Shown here in pieces: positions 13,901 through 28,900 of a stretch of DNA of 64,000 bases. The notes beneath the pieces were generated by a model, which was given only the letters and a program-made list of their open reading frames with translations, ran no database searches and had not been told where the DNA came from. The stretch comes from Okamejei kenojei. Lineage: Eukaryota. The DNA is taken from positions 18,724,001 through 18,788,000 of the forward strand of contig CM069151.1 of assembly GCA_035221665.1 (NCBI GenBank), given 5' to 3'. Numbering within the stretch: position 1 is the first letter of the stretch; the number at the start of each line of letters is the position of its first letter. A program made the translations under genes and the position numbers.

Positions 13901-16900
13901 CCAGAATGATAAGGCAGTACCAACACAGGTTTACAACTAGTGCAACATTTTTGGGTGTATTAAATAGGTGGATAAGGTGGAAGCAATGGATATAGTACTT
14001 TTGGATTTAGAAAAGGCACTTCATAATGTACCAAATAAAGATTGTTACATTAAATACAGAATTATGGGATTGGAAGAATCAAATTAACACAAATAGGGGA
14101 CTAGTTAAAGACAGGAATATAAACATAGAAGTATTAATCTTCAGTTTGGCAAACTGCTACACCTGACATACCACAAGGGTTAGTTCTCAGCCCTCGGCCA
14201 CAAGTGATTTATATAAAAAGCCAAAAAAGAAAAGATACAGTGAAACCTATCAGACTGATTATGATACAATGCTAAATGATAAGGTAAGTTGTTAGAAAAT
14301 AAAAAGAATGCTAATGTAGGCAATGATCATCGAGAGCAATTGGAGCATAAAGTATATAAATATGATATTATGCATATTGATAGAGAGAATAGTAAAGCAG
14401 AATTTTTGTAAAATAATGAGAAATGATAAAATGCTGGTATGCAGAGTTGTACAGAAATACTGATACACAAGATGAAGCAAAGGAAAGAAAATGTGTAGGA
14501 CGGAACTGCAGATGCTGGTTTAAACTGAAAATAGACACAAAAAGCTGGAATAACTCAGCGGGACAGGCAGCATATCTGGAGAAAAGGAATGGGTGATGTT
14601 TTGGGTCAAGACCCTTCTTCAGATCAAAATTAAACAGCAATACACCAGCAATAAAGAAGGCAAAAGATCTGATGGTCTTTATTGCAAAGGTTGGACGTTT
14701 TGCTGAAATTGTACAGAACTTGAGTCTTTCTAGGTTGGAACCAGTGTGATGTGGATTCATTTGCTTCATTAGACTCATTCCTTAGCTGAGAAGGTTATCT
14801 CATGAGGACAGGTTTTGGTTGGCCTCTATCTGTGACATATAGGTATCCAACATGGATTTTCAGGGCAAATCTTCCTCTTGCTGAAGAGCCAAAACATTAT
14901 GGGCATTATATCAGGAAAGAGGTCAGTCATTTAGCACTGTTATGAGACAAAAATTTCTTGATGCAGAATTTTGGCATTCTTGCCAAGAACCAGATATTTG
15001 CAGATATTCAGTGGTTGAGTATACAAAGTTGAAAGAGGTTCGCACATTAAGGAAATCAGAGAATATGGGGAATGACAGCAAAATGGTCAGCATCTTAATG
15101 AATAATTGAGCAGGTTCAAGAGGTTTTATTTCCTATATCTGTTTCCATTAACATTTTCTTTAATTTGTTATGTTCTTTACTTGTCAGATAACAGTTGATT
15201 CTCAATATAAAGGACTATTATGTGGCCTCTGTGGACCCTTTGATGATACCATCTCAACAACCTATGGTAATGATAAATCAATGTTCTTTGTTTTATAATA
15301 TAAAATAATACTTCAATGAATGGAAAACAGTTGTTCATTATCGTGGTCTCACTCTCATTTCACTCCTGCCATTGGGAAGGTATCAGTCTGAAAACTATAA
15401 TGTCGAGGTTCAGGTGACGTTTCACCCTAAAACCATCAGGCTATTATATGCTACAATTTCCACACAGGCTGTGAGCTACTGATTTGTGGGCATTAGTCTT
15501 GACTATGCACTATTATTGGTNNNNNNNNNNNNNNNNNNNNNNNNNNNNNNNNNNNNNNNNNNNNNNNNNNNNNNNNNNNNNNNNNNNNNNNNNNNNNNNN
15601 NNNNNNNNNNNNNNNNNNNNNNNNNNNNNNNNNNNNNNNNNNNNNNNNNNNNNNNNNNNNNNNNNNNNNNNNNNNCAACTGATATGTAAACATAGTAGTC
15701 TGTAAAAACCGTATTAAACAAAAAATGTTCAGTATATTTATATACTGAACATTTTTTGTTTATTATTGTTTTTGCAGAGTATTACGCTTACTTATTGGTT
15801 GTGCTGCTGCAAATACAAATGTCATTGTTCTGGGACACATGACAAAAAACATTTTTAACTGTTGACTTGGCTTTACTTTAGATTTGAACTACGTCTATGA
15901 GTACAAATTGGATGAATGGAATGCAGACTGCACCGTACAATTCTCCGAAGTAAACAGTTGCGCATCAGCAGATGTAAGTTGCATTGTACCAGGAGTACTT
16001 GAATTGCAGCTCTTTAAAGCAAAAATGTTAAAAATGTATCTGATGAAGAAATGTCCTATCGCCTCATGAAAATTATTGCATGCTGTAAATTGTGCAAATA
16101 CTTACCTACCACGATAATAATGTCCACGTTCTTCACTTCCACCAATATTTTGACTATATTCCTTTGTAAGCACTGATAATAACTTAATGCATTTGGTATA
16201 TATTCTGATATTGTCCTGTATTTCTAAAGATATGCTATGTTCTTTATCCTTGTCAGATCCTATCCGACCTCGTTATACCAGTTTACTTTTTACATGCTGA
16301 TCTTATTAATATTAGCTGCCACTTCACTTACATTCTCATTCTTTGCCAGCTTATTTTATTTTTCACGTCTGATATAGTTTGCATGTTTCTCACTAAAAAA
16401 CTACCTCCCATGATTAATATAGCTTTTTTATTTCATCACATTCTCCATCCACCTCATCATCCAAGGAGCCGTGAGTTTGGTTCCTGCTTTCCCTTCACGA
16501 AGGAAAGCATCTACACTGTATCTGAAGCATCTCCTCCTTAGATCTCCTATTACATTTTTATATTTAAACATTCTAGTTTAATTGCTCCTTGTTCTTCTCG
16601 AATACAAATCTAAAAATTACATCATGATTATTACTCTGTTTCAAGAAAACTCCGAATGTTTCTTGTCCTATCTCGTTCCATGAGTAAGACAGATCACAAC
16701 AATATTAGGCAGGAGCTATGGAGAGTAAAATGGGAGCAGTTGTTATCTGGTAAATCCACATCTAACTTTTAGGAGTAATTTAAAGACAAGCAGATTACGT
16801 TTAGGATCGTCATATTCCCGTAAGAAAGAGAGATTAGGATGGCAAGGTAAGGGAATCTTAGATGTCCAGAGTGGTTGTAAATCTGTTCATAAAGAAAAAA

Positions 16901-19900
16901 GAAGATTTAGGAAAGTGAAAGGCGCAATGTTTAGGAAGATTACATTTTTTTAAGGAATATAAAGCAAGCAGGAAAGTAAACAGACAATTAGAAGGGTCAA
17001 AATGGGCCATGAAATGTCATTGGCAAGTTGGATGAAAGGAAATAGGGTTTTTATATGTACATTAAAAATAAGAGAGTAATAAGGGAGAAGTTACGACCAC
17101 TCAAGGATAAAGGGGAACATTTATGTTTGGAGTCCGAGGACATAGGCAGGTACTACATCAATATTTTGCATCTGTATCCACCAAAGCGAAGGACAGGGAG
17201 GGTAGTGACATCAGGGTGGGGAATACCTGTATGCTAGGATTGTTCTAGATCAAGAAGAAGGTGGTGTTGGGTCTCTTAAAAAGCATCAACGTGAATAGAT
17301 ATCCAGGGCCTTTTGGGATCCATCCTGTTATTGAGAAGGACAAGAGAGGAGAGTGCAGGGGCCTTGATAAATATCTTTGTGTTCTCTCTAGTCATAGGCG
17401 AGATCTCGGAGAACTGGGGCATAGTTTATCCTTTTCCTTTGATAAGGAGGAAAAGTAGAGATAATCCAGGAAGTTAAGGCAGGTGAGCCTCATGTTAGAG
17501 GCAAGTATATTATTGGGGAGGTTCCTCGAAATATGATTTACTCATATTTATCCAGAGATAGGGATAATTAGATACAGTTAGCAGGGGTTTGTGCGTGACA
17601 AGTCATATCTTACTAAGTTGATTGAGGAGGTGATTATGATGATTGATAAGTGTAAAGCAGTTGGTGATATCCACATGGATTTTAGTAAGGCATTTGATAA
17701 AGTCTCGCAGGGTAGGCTGATCCAGAAGATAAAGTTGCATGGGATCCATGATGACTTGGTAGTTTAGATTCAGAACTGGCTAACACATAGGAGGGTTGTG
17801 TTATTCTGGCAGGTGGTCTATGACAAGTGATGTGCTTGTAGAGATGTATGATGGGACCCTGTATTTTGCAACATATATATATATAAACATGTGCACACAA
17901 CTTGGATATAAATATAGATGGGTAGGTTACTAAATTTGCAGACAACACCAAAATAGAATTGCGGAGAGTGAGGAAGGCTCTCAAAGAATACAGTGGGATA
18001 TATATAAGATACATATATTCGGAAAGAAAATGTTTTTAGGTGGGCACATGAATATGCAGGGATAGATGGATGTTAATCATGGCATCATGTTCAGCATATG
18101 CAATGGGCTGTTCCTGTCCTATGCCATGTTTATGTTCTACATGCCCCAGAACCAGATCCAGCAATATTCCACCCTATTAAGCATGATGCATATCTCCTTT
18201 ATAAAATATATTTCATTTTAATCTGCCAGTATTCTATATAATATTGGTTAATTACAATTCTCCATCAAGCTCCATCAGTCTTTCGTGCTGAATCAAAAAG
18301 TCTTGGTGTCTACTCTTACTTATTAACATATTGTTTTCAGTGCGACCTACACATTTGTAGCCACAACGCTTCCACCCTTTATATGATCTGCCCTTGAAAT
18401 GTTGGAAGCTTGTTCAATCGGCATAATTTCACCACTCTGAAACAAACGCAACAGTAGTCCTCAGTTGCAAACACTAGGTTACCACCAGCTGCTTGCTACT
18501 GACATGGAGATCAAAGGGTAAGTTTTCATCCGGAGAGTGATGAATATTTGGAGTAAGCTGCCAGAGGTGGGAGTGGAAGCAGTTTCTATTGCAACATTTA
18601 AAATGCCTTTGGACAGATTTCACATCTTGCATCAGACTCGATAGGCACATAATGCAAATGTACATTGCAAATTAAAGTAGACATTTGAATTTTAACCATT
18701 TAGTCAATAGACATATCTATTCTCTTTACTCTACCACTCCTCCTCATCCCACCCTCTAATGATCCAAAATTTCACAGCACTAAAATTCACATTGCATAGA
18801 CTGGCAATCTTGCTGCAGATGAATTACCGCCCTTACTTGCGTGACCTATTTATGATATATACAGAAAACACGATTTAGCAAAATCACTTATTTTGCTTTT
18901 GTATATTGCAACTCAAGAAATCTCCTTTGAAAATGGGTTCATTAAATTATTATTATTTTATTCCTGTACAGAATTGTTCAGCAATCCGAGAGCTTTTCGC
19001 AGCATGCTCTTCTCCTGCCATCAATGATAAATTTGTGGAAATGTGTCAGAAGGATGTTTGTACTAATAATGAAGCAGAAAAATCCCTTTGTTCTACCTTT
19101 AATGAAGCATCAAAAGAGTGTGCAAATGTAGATCCATCAAGCTGGGACACATGGAGGGATTCTGTCCAATGCAGTAAGTTATTTTTGTGGAGCCAGTCTG
19201 AACTTCAACCATCTCCTTTTAAAATTCAATAGACTTTTTCAATTTCTAGCTTGAGTATATTATCTTTGGTGCTTAACAACAATTTGTAATTCATATTATA
19301 AAATCAAAAACTCTTCCTCTTTAGCATGGCCCACGTGTCCAGGGAATCAGGTTTACCAAGATTGTGGTCCTGTTTGTACGTCAACCTGCACCGACCCAAA
19401 TTCTGAACAACAGTGTGCTCAGTGTGTGAATACATGTGATTGTCCGCAAGGTAATTATATTGACTATTTATTGGCATTTCGATCTTGTTTTAAACAACAA
19501 CTTATCAAATACTTCTCAGTAATTATACACGTATATTTTCTTTAAATAGCAATCATTTTGGAATGGAGGTGTTAGTTTTTACAAAAAGTATAACAAGATG
19601 AAAAAGGCTGAATCAACCTTTTTGTCCCCAGATATATATGCTTGTATTTTTTATTTTTATTTCTGATTAATGTTTCTGAAACAAAACATATTTATTATTT
19701 AAGACACCTGTATCATAAATATTTCATAAACTGGAATGAAGTTTGCATGATGTAATTTCTAAATGTGTTTTGTTTTTTTAATGTGTTCCTTTGATGAAGT
19801 ATTTCTACTTTCAATACATTATGCACTTCTTTAACTAAGATTATTCAGTAGTCTTCACTCTGTGTACTTTTGTTAAAGCCAACATTATATATTGAGAAAG

Positions 19901-22900
19901 TAAATGGCATGAAATATTTTAGAAAAAGACAGTGGAGAATGTGTAATCCTACATTTTTTTAAAGATTATTATGAATTTAGTTAATTCATAATCCTGTTGT
20001 ATGGGTGTCTGGAGGTAACTCACTTCTATTGGAAAGTTTCATTTTTCCTCAACAAATTCTACCTAATCCTCAGATGAACATTTCTGGTTTTGTTGTTTGT
20101 TGTTAGAAAAATACTTAGACATTCATTTGATTGTTTTACAGGGACTGTCCTTGATGATGTCAGAGGCGATAACACATGTATCAACTACACGGATTGTCCT
20201 TGTGAATATAATGGACAAATATATAATTCTGGAGGAACATACAATTCCTTGTGCCATTCATGGTAATGTTTCAAATCATGTAGTTATCAATAAGTTGACA
20301 TTCAAATTATTTTATCAGCAACACTTTATATAAATACACGTTCTTATGTTTTTAGCACCTGCAAGAGTGGAATCTGGGAGTGTATTGATCTTAACTGCCC
20401 TAAAATATGCAAAATTGAAGAAGGAACTCATATCACAACATTTGATGGCAAATACTATAATTTGATCGGAGATTGCTCGTACTATGCAATTGTCGTACGT
20501 GAGCTCTTGCTGCATCAATTGATTTTAATTATTGTTACTTAGTTTTCAAAAATACTTTGTATCTGTTATCACATTTATCTGTGAAATATATTTCTGAGTT
20601 TTGCATTTTAAATTACTTTTCACAGACTACGGACTGGTCAGTGAAAATTGAAATGCATCCATGCCATTCAGCATATAGACAGACATGTCTACAGCGAGTA
20701 ACATTCACAAAATTTCAGGTAGAATTTTATGATTTTCATTCACACCTTTCCTGTTCCAGTTTTTTTTTTTGCATGAATTTCATAACGTGCATCTTCCCAT
20801 TTTAGAACTCCTATTCAATCAATAAAGAAGGTGCTATTTATCAGAATGACAACCAAGTGGGAATGCCTTTTGGAAATGGTAAATAGCTTTTCATCAGTTC
20901 ATCTTTCAAACAACAAAACAGATAACAATTAAAGTGAAGTTATCCTGTTCTAATCTCTTTGCACAGGTGAAATAATGATATTTCAACAGTCATCACTGTA
21001 CATTCAATTGATCACAAAAGATGGTCTGAAGATACAGGTACTGATATCTCCCATCATGCAGCTTTACATGTCACTGCCCAAAACTGCCAAAGGAACCACT
21101 AAAGGTATAATCAATTATGTATTTCCTAGGAATGAATAATGCATTGACTGTGAACATTTTGTTGTGCGATGGAACTGCTGTACTTTTGCTGAATAAATGA
21201 CTGTTGAACTTTTTCACAATCTGTTTCAAGTTTGCTCTATGTAGCTTCATGAATTAATGTAGCAGTCACATTCTTCATCATCTCGCCTAGCTCTTTACTT
21301 TATAATTTGCTTCTTAGACCTTCACAGACTGAAGTAAGAAAATATACAAACCAAATAGGATATGAAGCAACATTGTGTTATCCATGTGATAATATTTTCT
21401 CCATGAATTTCAGAATATAAGGAAATATGATTTGATTTTTTTCATCCTTTCGGTTTACCATTGAAATTATGAAGTACCAGAACAGCTTCAAACTTAGAAT
21501 TTACAACCCATACATCAGATCCATTAAAAGCTGCTTTAATATTGTATTGATGTTCTTCCTGTTGACGTAGTCAAGTAAGTGGATTCACCAGAAATAATTA
21601 GGCCATGCACAGCATCATCGTTGTCACAGTCCATGAGTCAGTTATTTCTGTAAAACTACTTGTGGAACTACATGAAGTTATCTGTAAAAGTTAATTTACA
21701 TACTCTGTATGAGAAATAATTGGTTATATCTGTGAGAGATTTTGTGAGGTGGATTGACCTAAAAAAGTAAAGGAAGACTTTCCAAAACCAAATTTTAGCA
21801 CAACCTCCATTTCCAAAAACTTGATAAGACAGGAGAGGCAAAAATTTCTTTGATTCCCAGTAAAATGTTCCATTTACTTTGCTGGAGAGTAAATTCTAGC
21901 TGGGGAAATAAATCAGCCTTGCTTTTGGATTAATGTTGTCTGTTTAAAGAAAAGAGTATATTGTTTTGTAAAAAAGGTTTCTTAAGTTGATAACAGATGA
22001 TATAAGAACATAACTGCTCCCTTATGGTCATCTGAACTGTACTTTTTCTCAGGTTTGTGCGGCACCTACAATGACAATGCAGAAGATGACTTTCTATCGT
22101 CACAGGGCATTGTCGAGTTCACATATCTTCCTTTCAGTGAATCATGGAAAACCAGTGATGACTGCCCTTCACCAATAGTGAATCCAACCTGTGTTAGCTC
22201 AGAACATGGTAATTCTTTCACAGGATCTTCCTTACCATATTTTACAATATTTATGACATTTCTTTTAAGATGGTACACTGTGAAATGTAACTGTCAAATA
22301 ATATTACTTTTTAACAAAACTGAAGTTGAAAGCCGTAAAACATGAGATGAGGATTACAAATTTAAGCATATATTGCTAGAGTCACTGCAAAAATATTTTA
22401 TTCAGAATATATTGTTTATAGGAAAAGAATAAAATGATATTCATTCAGAGACGAAGTCTCAGGAAAGAGAAGCAGTAAAACAGAATGTAATGGACACATA
22501 GATATTCTTTGTTCTGTAGATGTTTCAGGCTAAATAGCAATCTGAAATTAGTTTAAATTATTGTATTATCTTCTGTGCCGAGGTACAGTGAAAAGCTTTT
22601 TTGCTGCATGCTGTCCAGTTAGTGAAAAGATGATACACGATTTCAATCAAACTGTCCATAGTGAACAGATTTATATTAAAAGTAATATTAAAAGTAATTA
22701 AAAGCATCATAAAAATAAGTCAATAAATAATTAAATATGGCCTTAGTCACACTCGTTTTGCATTAAAACTAAGTTTTTCTGTTCCAACTTGACCAGACTC
22801 TTTATTTGCCCAAATCTTGTGTAAAGAATTGGCTAGGTTCTGTGACAATGCTCTGATGTATTGATCTCCAAACTGTCACCATTTTTAGCAATTCTAACTT

Positions 22901-25900
22901 AAATGAAAATTGGATGTGCAATTTGATTCCAGCATCTTGAATACTGAATTTAGATTAGAGCAATATTCTTATTGTAAATTACACCGTTATTATTTGTAGG
23001 TTTGATTGCAATCTCAAAGCTCCACCATGATTAAAATATGGAAAGGGATGATGAAACTATAGTGCCAGATACTGATTTTGCCCTTGCTTGTCAAACTCAG
23101 ATACACACAGTCATCATTAGTCACAACACTGATCAGGAATGAACTGGTCTCTTCACATTTTAAATAATTGTATCTTATATCTTCATTGCAGAAACTTATG
23201 CCAGAGAGCAATGTGCATATATAAAAGACCCAACGGGGGCTTTTTCCAGCTGTCATTCTGTTGTCGAGTATATGGTGTATTATGAAGTAAGTCTGGATTT
23301 TGTATGAATTTTTGCAGATGAAAATATGTTATCAAATTAACCAGCTTAAAGCTGTTCAGAAAATAAATAATGTCAGCACCAAACCAGGCAACTACGAAAT
23401 TTGACTCAGCACTTCCTGTTGTGATTCATCCTTGTTACCCCAATGTGACTTCTATTTCAGAGATGCATGGAGTGATGTCCCACATGCCCCCACACCAATC
23501 TAAAGCCCTGCAGCTGCAAAATCCTTTTGTTTATGTTTCTGAAAATAAACATTTTGATTTGTCTGTCTCATCCCCAATCAAACTCCATGCTTGCTTACCA
23601 AATTTCACTCTTCTGATTTCCACTTTCCTGATTTTATTTCCCATCAAACTCTCCTTATGTTCCTCTCTTTTGATGCTGCTGCCCATGCCTCTCTGCTTGG
23701 GCTACTCTCCATCCCAAAGTTGCTCTCATCCCCATTTCATAATGCTTCTCTCTCTAATCCTTTCTTGACGTTGTTCACCTTTTTGATGGTGATCTCTATT
23801 TTGATGAAGAACCCAATCCTCCTTTCCCAACACATCTCTTCAGCAGTCTCTCGCATTGCAATCCCCCCCCCCCCCCCCCCCACCTCTCTCCCAATGACAT
23901 TTCACATCCTCTTCTCCTAATGTTGCTTCCAATCTTCCTTTCCTGATGCTGTTAATTTCTCCACTTCTGATGTTGAGTCAAACCTTCCGATTTCAAACCT
24001 GACAAATACTGAACCAATATACTTTGCAGCATCACATTCTTCTGTTCGGTTGGGGGTTGCAAGGGATCATCATTTACATTTTTGTCTGGACCAGCAACAG
24101 ATTTTTTATTTGTTTGTAATAGAAGGGATTTCAATGTCAGTGGGTCATTAACTCTCCTTGACGCAATGCGTTATTTTGGATGCAAAGTGAATTTTCTAAG
24201 TAAATATGTTTCTATGATAGAATTTTGTATATTATCCCAAATCCAGCAAAGGTGGATTTGGGATAATTATTACCAATTTACATGCACACTTTTCTCCTTT
24301 ATGCAGATTTTGAATGAAGTATTCCTCACAGTTGGGATTACATACGGTATAACATACCATTGCAGCTTAAACATTTCCCATGGTTTGGAAATCAGCTTTC
24401 ACTGCCAATAATTCTGATACACAAAAAACACCCACTTTCATGAATCATAACAATGCAATTTTATGCGAAAACATAAAGCTGGATTTGATGATTGATTGCA
24501 AGATTCCGCAGGGAAACTGGCCCTTCAGCCCACCATGTCCACACTGACCATCAATCACCCTACATACAAGGAGCAATTTACTGAGACCATTCAATCTACA
24601 AACCCACACATCTCTGTGATGTGGGGAGAAACTGCAACAGCTGCAGGAAACCCATGTGATCTCTGGGAGATTATTCAAACTCAACACAGGCAGCACCCCA
24701 GGTCAGGATCAAACCCAGATCTCTGATGCTGTGAGCAGCAGCTCTGTCAGCTGTGTCACTGCACCCCGGTGTTGGAAATAACAAACTTTGAGAGATTAAG
24801 GTTTATGGAAATAAGTTACAATTATTTTTTTTTCAATTCAGGTTAAATATTTTAAAGTTATGATAATGTCCACTATTGAAACATTAAAAATGATAACAAA
24901 TCATGTTTGTATTTTTAGATGTGTAAAGCTGCTTCATGTAATTGTGTAAACCTCGATGACTGCGTGTGTGCTGCAATGGAAGCATATGTTCATGCTTGTT
25001 CCGCAAAGGGCATCGTTGTGATGAACTGGAGGAGATCAATTTGCGGTATGTAGTTTTTGGTTATAATTTCCATTATAGAAAGAAAAGGGTCACTTAGAAC
25101 AGGAGAAGGCCATTCAACTGCTAAACTATTCTGTGCCATTCAATTACATAATTGCTGACTAATTCTACTTAATTTCCCCACTTTTACTCTATTTTCCTTG
25201 ATACGCTTAAGAAAACATGTCAGTTAGATGTAAAACCAACACCTGTTCCAGTGTTTTACAGGATTATAGGGAATGCTGTTTCAAATGTAACATGAGTAAA
25301 ACATGTTTCATTTTTATCCTACTGAGGGGGCAAATAACTATTCCAAGCATTACATTGATCTAATCTTTTCATCTTTACAATCACACTTATCATTTGGAAC
25401 AGTTTATGAAATTACATATTCATAACAGAAGTTTATTTCCATTTTCTTTTTGGGGGTCTAACATATTCATCTAATCTTCACCCCCTAAGCAACGTAGCTA
25501 TTGCTAACATATTAAAGCCTTGAATGCAGCATTAATGCTTTCATCAGGTCTGTAAAAAAGTATTTGTTATACCCATGGAAAGTACTTATGCCCTCTTAGC
25601 AACACAGTCAATTTACTTAAAAATATTATCAACTTCAGTTAAACTCTAGCTCATAACATGATTCCACTTAATGTAGACCATATTGAAGCATGATCGATAT
25701 TATAGATTTGATCCAGCATTTAACCACATTTGCAAGGCATGTCTTTTGAATATTATATTCTTTATTAATGCATCAAATCAGTAACACCCATACAGTTGCT
25801 CTATCATCCCTCACTTTTTGTTGTGGCTGTGGACATTTAAATATACACTTGCTTTCATTTAGCGATGAAGAATACTGATCAGTTTGATCCATTTATGTGG

Positions 25901-28900
25901 TTGCATTACAATATAATATTGCAGGGATGTCTCGCTTTCTCTAAAAGTATTTTAATACAAGACTACTTTAGTAAGGCATTTGATCCAGCAGTTTAAAGTG
26001 CATGGGATGACAGTGACGGTTGCTTGGATTCAGAACTGATTTACTGACAGCAGACAGAGGATTATGGTGGATGGACAATTTTCAAACTGGAGTTCGGTCG
26101 AAATTACTCAGGGATTGGAGCTGATTGACGACCTCTGCTTTTGTGATAGAAATAGATGGGTTGGACATAAATGTAGACAGATCAGTTAGTAAGTTTGCAG
26201 ATGACTGTGAAGCAATCTTGTGCTGTCAAATTATACAGTGGGATATAGATCAGCTACAGATATAGCCGTGGAAATGGCAGAAGAGGTTTAATCCAAGTAA
26301 AGAGCCTGTCTCACTTTCACAACCTAATTCACGACCTCTGCCAAGTTTGCCCTCGACTCAGACTCGCAGCATGGTTGTCACAAGGTCGCAGGAGGTTGTA
26401 GGAGGTCGTAGGTAGGTCGCAGGTAGGTCATGATTCTAGTTGTAGGTACTTGTGCCATCAAGTAGGTCGGGGCGTTTTTCTAGCCTGATGAAAAATGTCC
26501 ACGAGTAAAAAAGGCCGTGAATTAGGTCTTGAAAGTGGGACAGTCCCATAAGTGAGAGGTGTTGCATTTTGGGAGAACGAATGTAAGATGAATATATACA
26601 ATTGATTAATAACCAAGCTTCACACTTGGGCACACGGTGGCACAGCAGTAGAGTTACTGCCTTACAGATCCGGGGACCCGGATTTGATCTTGACTACAGG
26701 TGTTATCTGTACGGAGTTTGTATGTTCTCCTCGTGACCTCGTGGGTTTTCTCCAAGATCTTCAGTTTCTTCCCACGATACAAAGACGTACAGGTTTGTAG
26801 GTTAATTGGCTTTGGTAAAAATGTGTAGGGATCGCTGGTCAGCATGGTGGGCTGAAGGAACTATTTCTGCACACTGTATCTCTAAACAAAACTAAAAATA
26901 ATGAAAGAAAAAAATAATATAAGCACTAGACAATATATAATATCTTTTCTGTAGAATGTTAAATATCATTAATAATACTTTATATTAAATATATTTTATC
27001 AAAGAGCAAATGCAAAGGGGGTGTCATAGACATTAAAAAGATGGGTACTCTACATTATCAAAAAAATGGCATCAAGAGAAGAGAATAATCTGATTTGGAT
27101 GTGTCTGCAGAGAATAAACTAATTTGGGTGTGTCTTTACTTGTAAAGTATCTTAATATTAGCATTCCACTATATATATGGCAAATGGCTAAAATATGCTA
27201 ACATTGTAATTCTTTTCTTTCAAGCAATAACTTGCCCCAGCACACAAGTTTACCATTACGATACGAGAGCCTGTAATCGCACCTGTGAATTTCTGTCAAA
27301 GTTTGACTTCACATGTCAGTTTCAAGACACTCCAGTTGATGGCTGTGGTTGCCCTGAGGGAACCTACATGGACGACAAAGCAACATGTGTAGAAATATCA
27401 GAATGTCCTTGTTATGTTAATGGGATCATTGCATACAAAAATCAAATTATATCAATAAATGGAATGAATTGGTGAGCATTTGATGTTGAGCTGCACAGTT
27501 TGAATCCAATTATTTGTTGCCCACAATCATAAAGTGATAACATATAATTTTTTCTCCCAGTTTCTGCCAGAATGGAGTTCCATCCTGCCCTGATGGAAGC
27601 AGCCTGCCCACTTCAGAAGGTTAATAATTTTCCAAACCTTTTTCCATTATTGAGGTGCAACATTTAAATTTATCATCAAAATAATAATTAACATGTGTAT
27701 ATAAAAGAACGCTTTGTTTTTCTGTAGATTGCCAAGATAAACAATTTTCGGACTGTACCAATACCAGTTTATGTAAGAGGACATGTGAAACTCTAAACAA
27801 ACCATGTGTAAGTGAACATGTATAAATAATAGTTTGGTCCTTATGTATCTTCTTTTATAGATTGAACAATATGTTCAATCTATTTTATTTTACATGATCA
27901 TTGTAGAATGAAGCATGCAACCCATTTAGAAGTCTACATTATGACATTCAACACGTTACAAAACGTAATTACTAAGCATATACTGGATAATTACTATGAT
28001 TTTTTTACGTGATGATTACCTATATATGTTTTTCAGTTTTCAGTTTAGTTTAGTTTATTGTCATATTTACCGAGCTACAGTGAATAGCTTTTGTTGAGTG
28101 TTATCCAGTCAGCAGAATGACAATACATGTTTACATTCGATCCATTTACAGTGTTTAGATACATGATAAGGGAATGCTTTCAAGAAAGTTAGATAGAGCT
28201 CTTAAAGATAGCAGTCAAGGGATATAGGAAGAATGCAGGAATGGGGCACTGAAGGGCCTGTCCCACTTGGTAATTTCAAAATCCATCGGCGACTAAAAAA
28301 ATGTTGCGAAAATTGAGGAAACACCGCGCATCAAGGTCGTCATGCCACATCACGCTGCAACCTTTTCGGTGACCTGATACGTCAGTCAATGATGCTGGCA
28401 GTCGCTGAAAAAAACGCCAAGTGGGACATGCCCATGATTGTGGATAATCAGCCATGATCACAATGAATGGCTGTGCTGGCTCCAAGGGCCGAATGGCCTA
28501 CCCTGCACCTATTGTCTATTGCCTATTGAATAATGTTTAGTGCAAGGTAAAGCCATCAAAGTCCAAACAAGGATAGTCTGAGAGTTATCAATGAGGTAGA
28601 TGGTAGTTTAGCACTGCTTTCTGTTGTGGTAGGATGATTCAGTTACCTGGTAATAGCTGGGAAGAAACTGTCCTGAATTTGGAGGTGACGGTTTTCACAC
28701 TTTTATACCTTTTGCCTGATGGGAGAGGGGAGAAGAGGGAATGGCCAGGGTGTGACTCGTCCTTGATTATGTGGCTGGCTTTGCCGAGACTGCATGAGTT
28801 ATAAATGGAGTCAATAGAAGGGAGGTTGGTTGGTTTGTGTGATGGTCTGGGCTGAGTCCACAATTCGCTCCAATTTCTTGTGGTCTTGGATAGAACTGAT

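Noticed and set aside
15484-15721. ORFs spanning the N gap
   Set aside because: Artefacts of translating Ns
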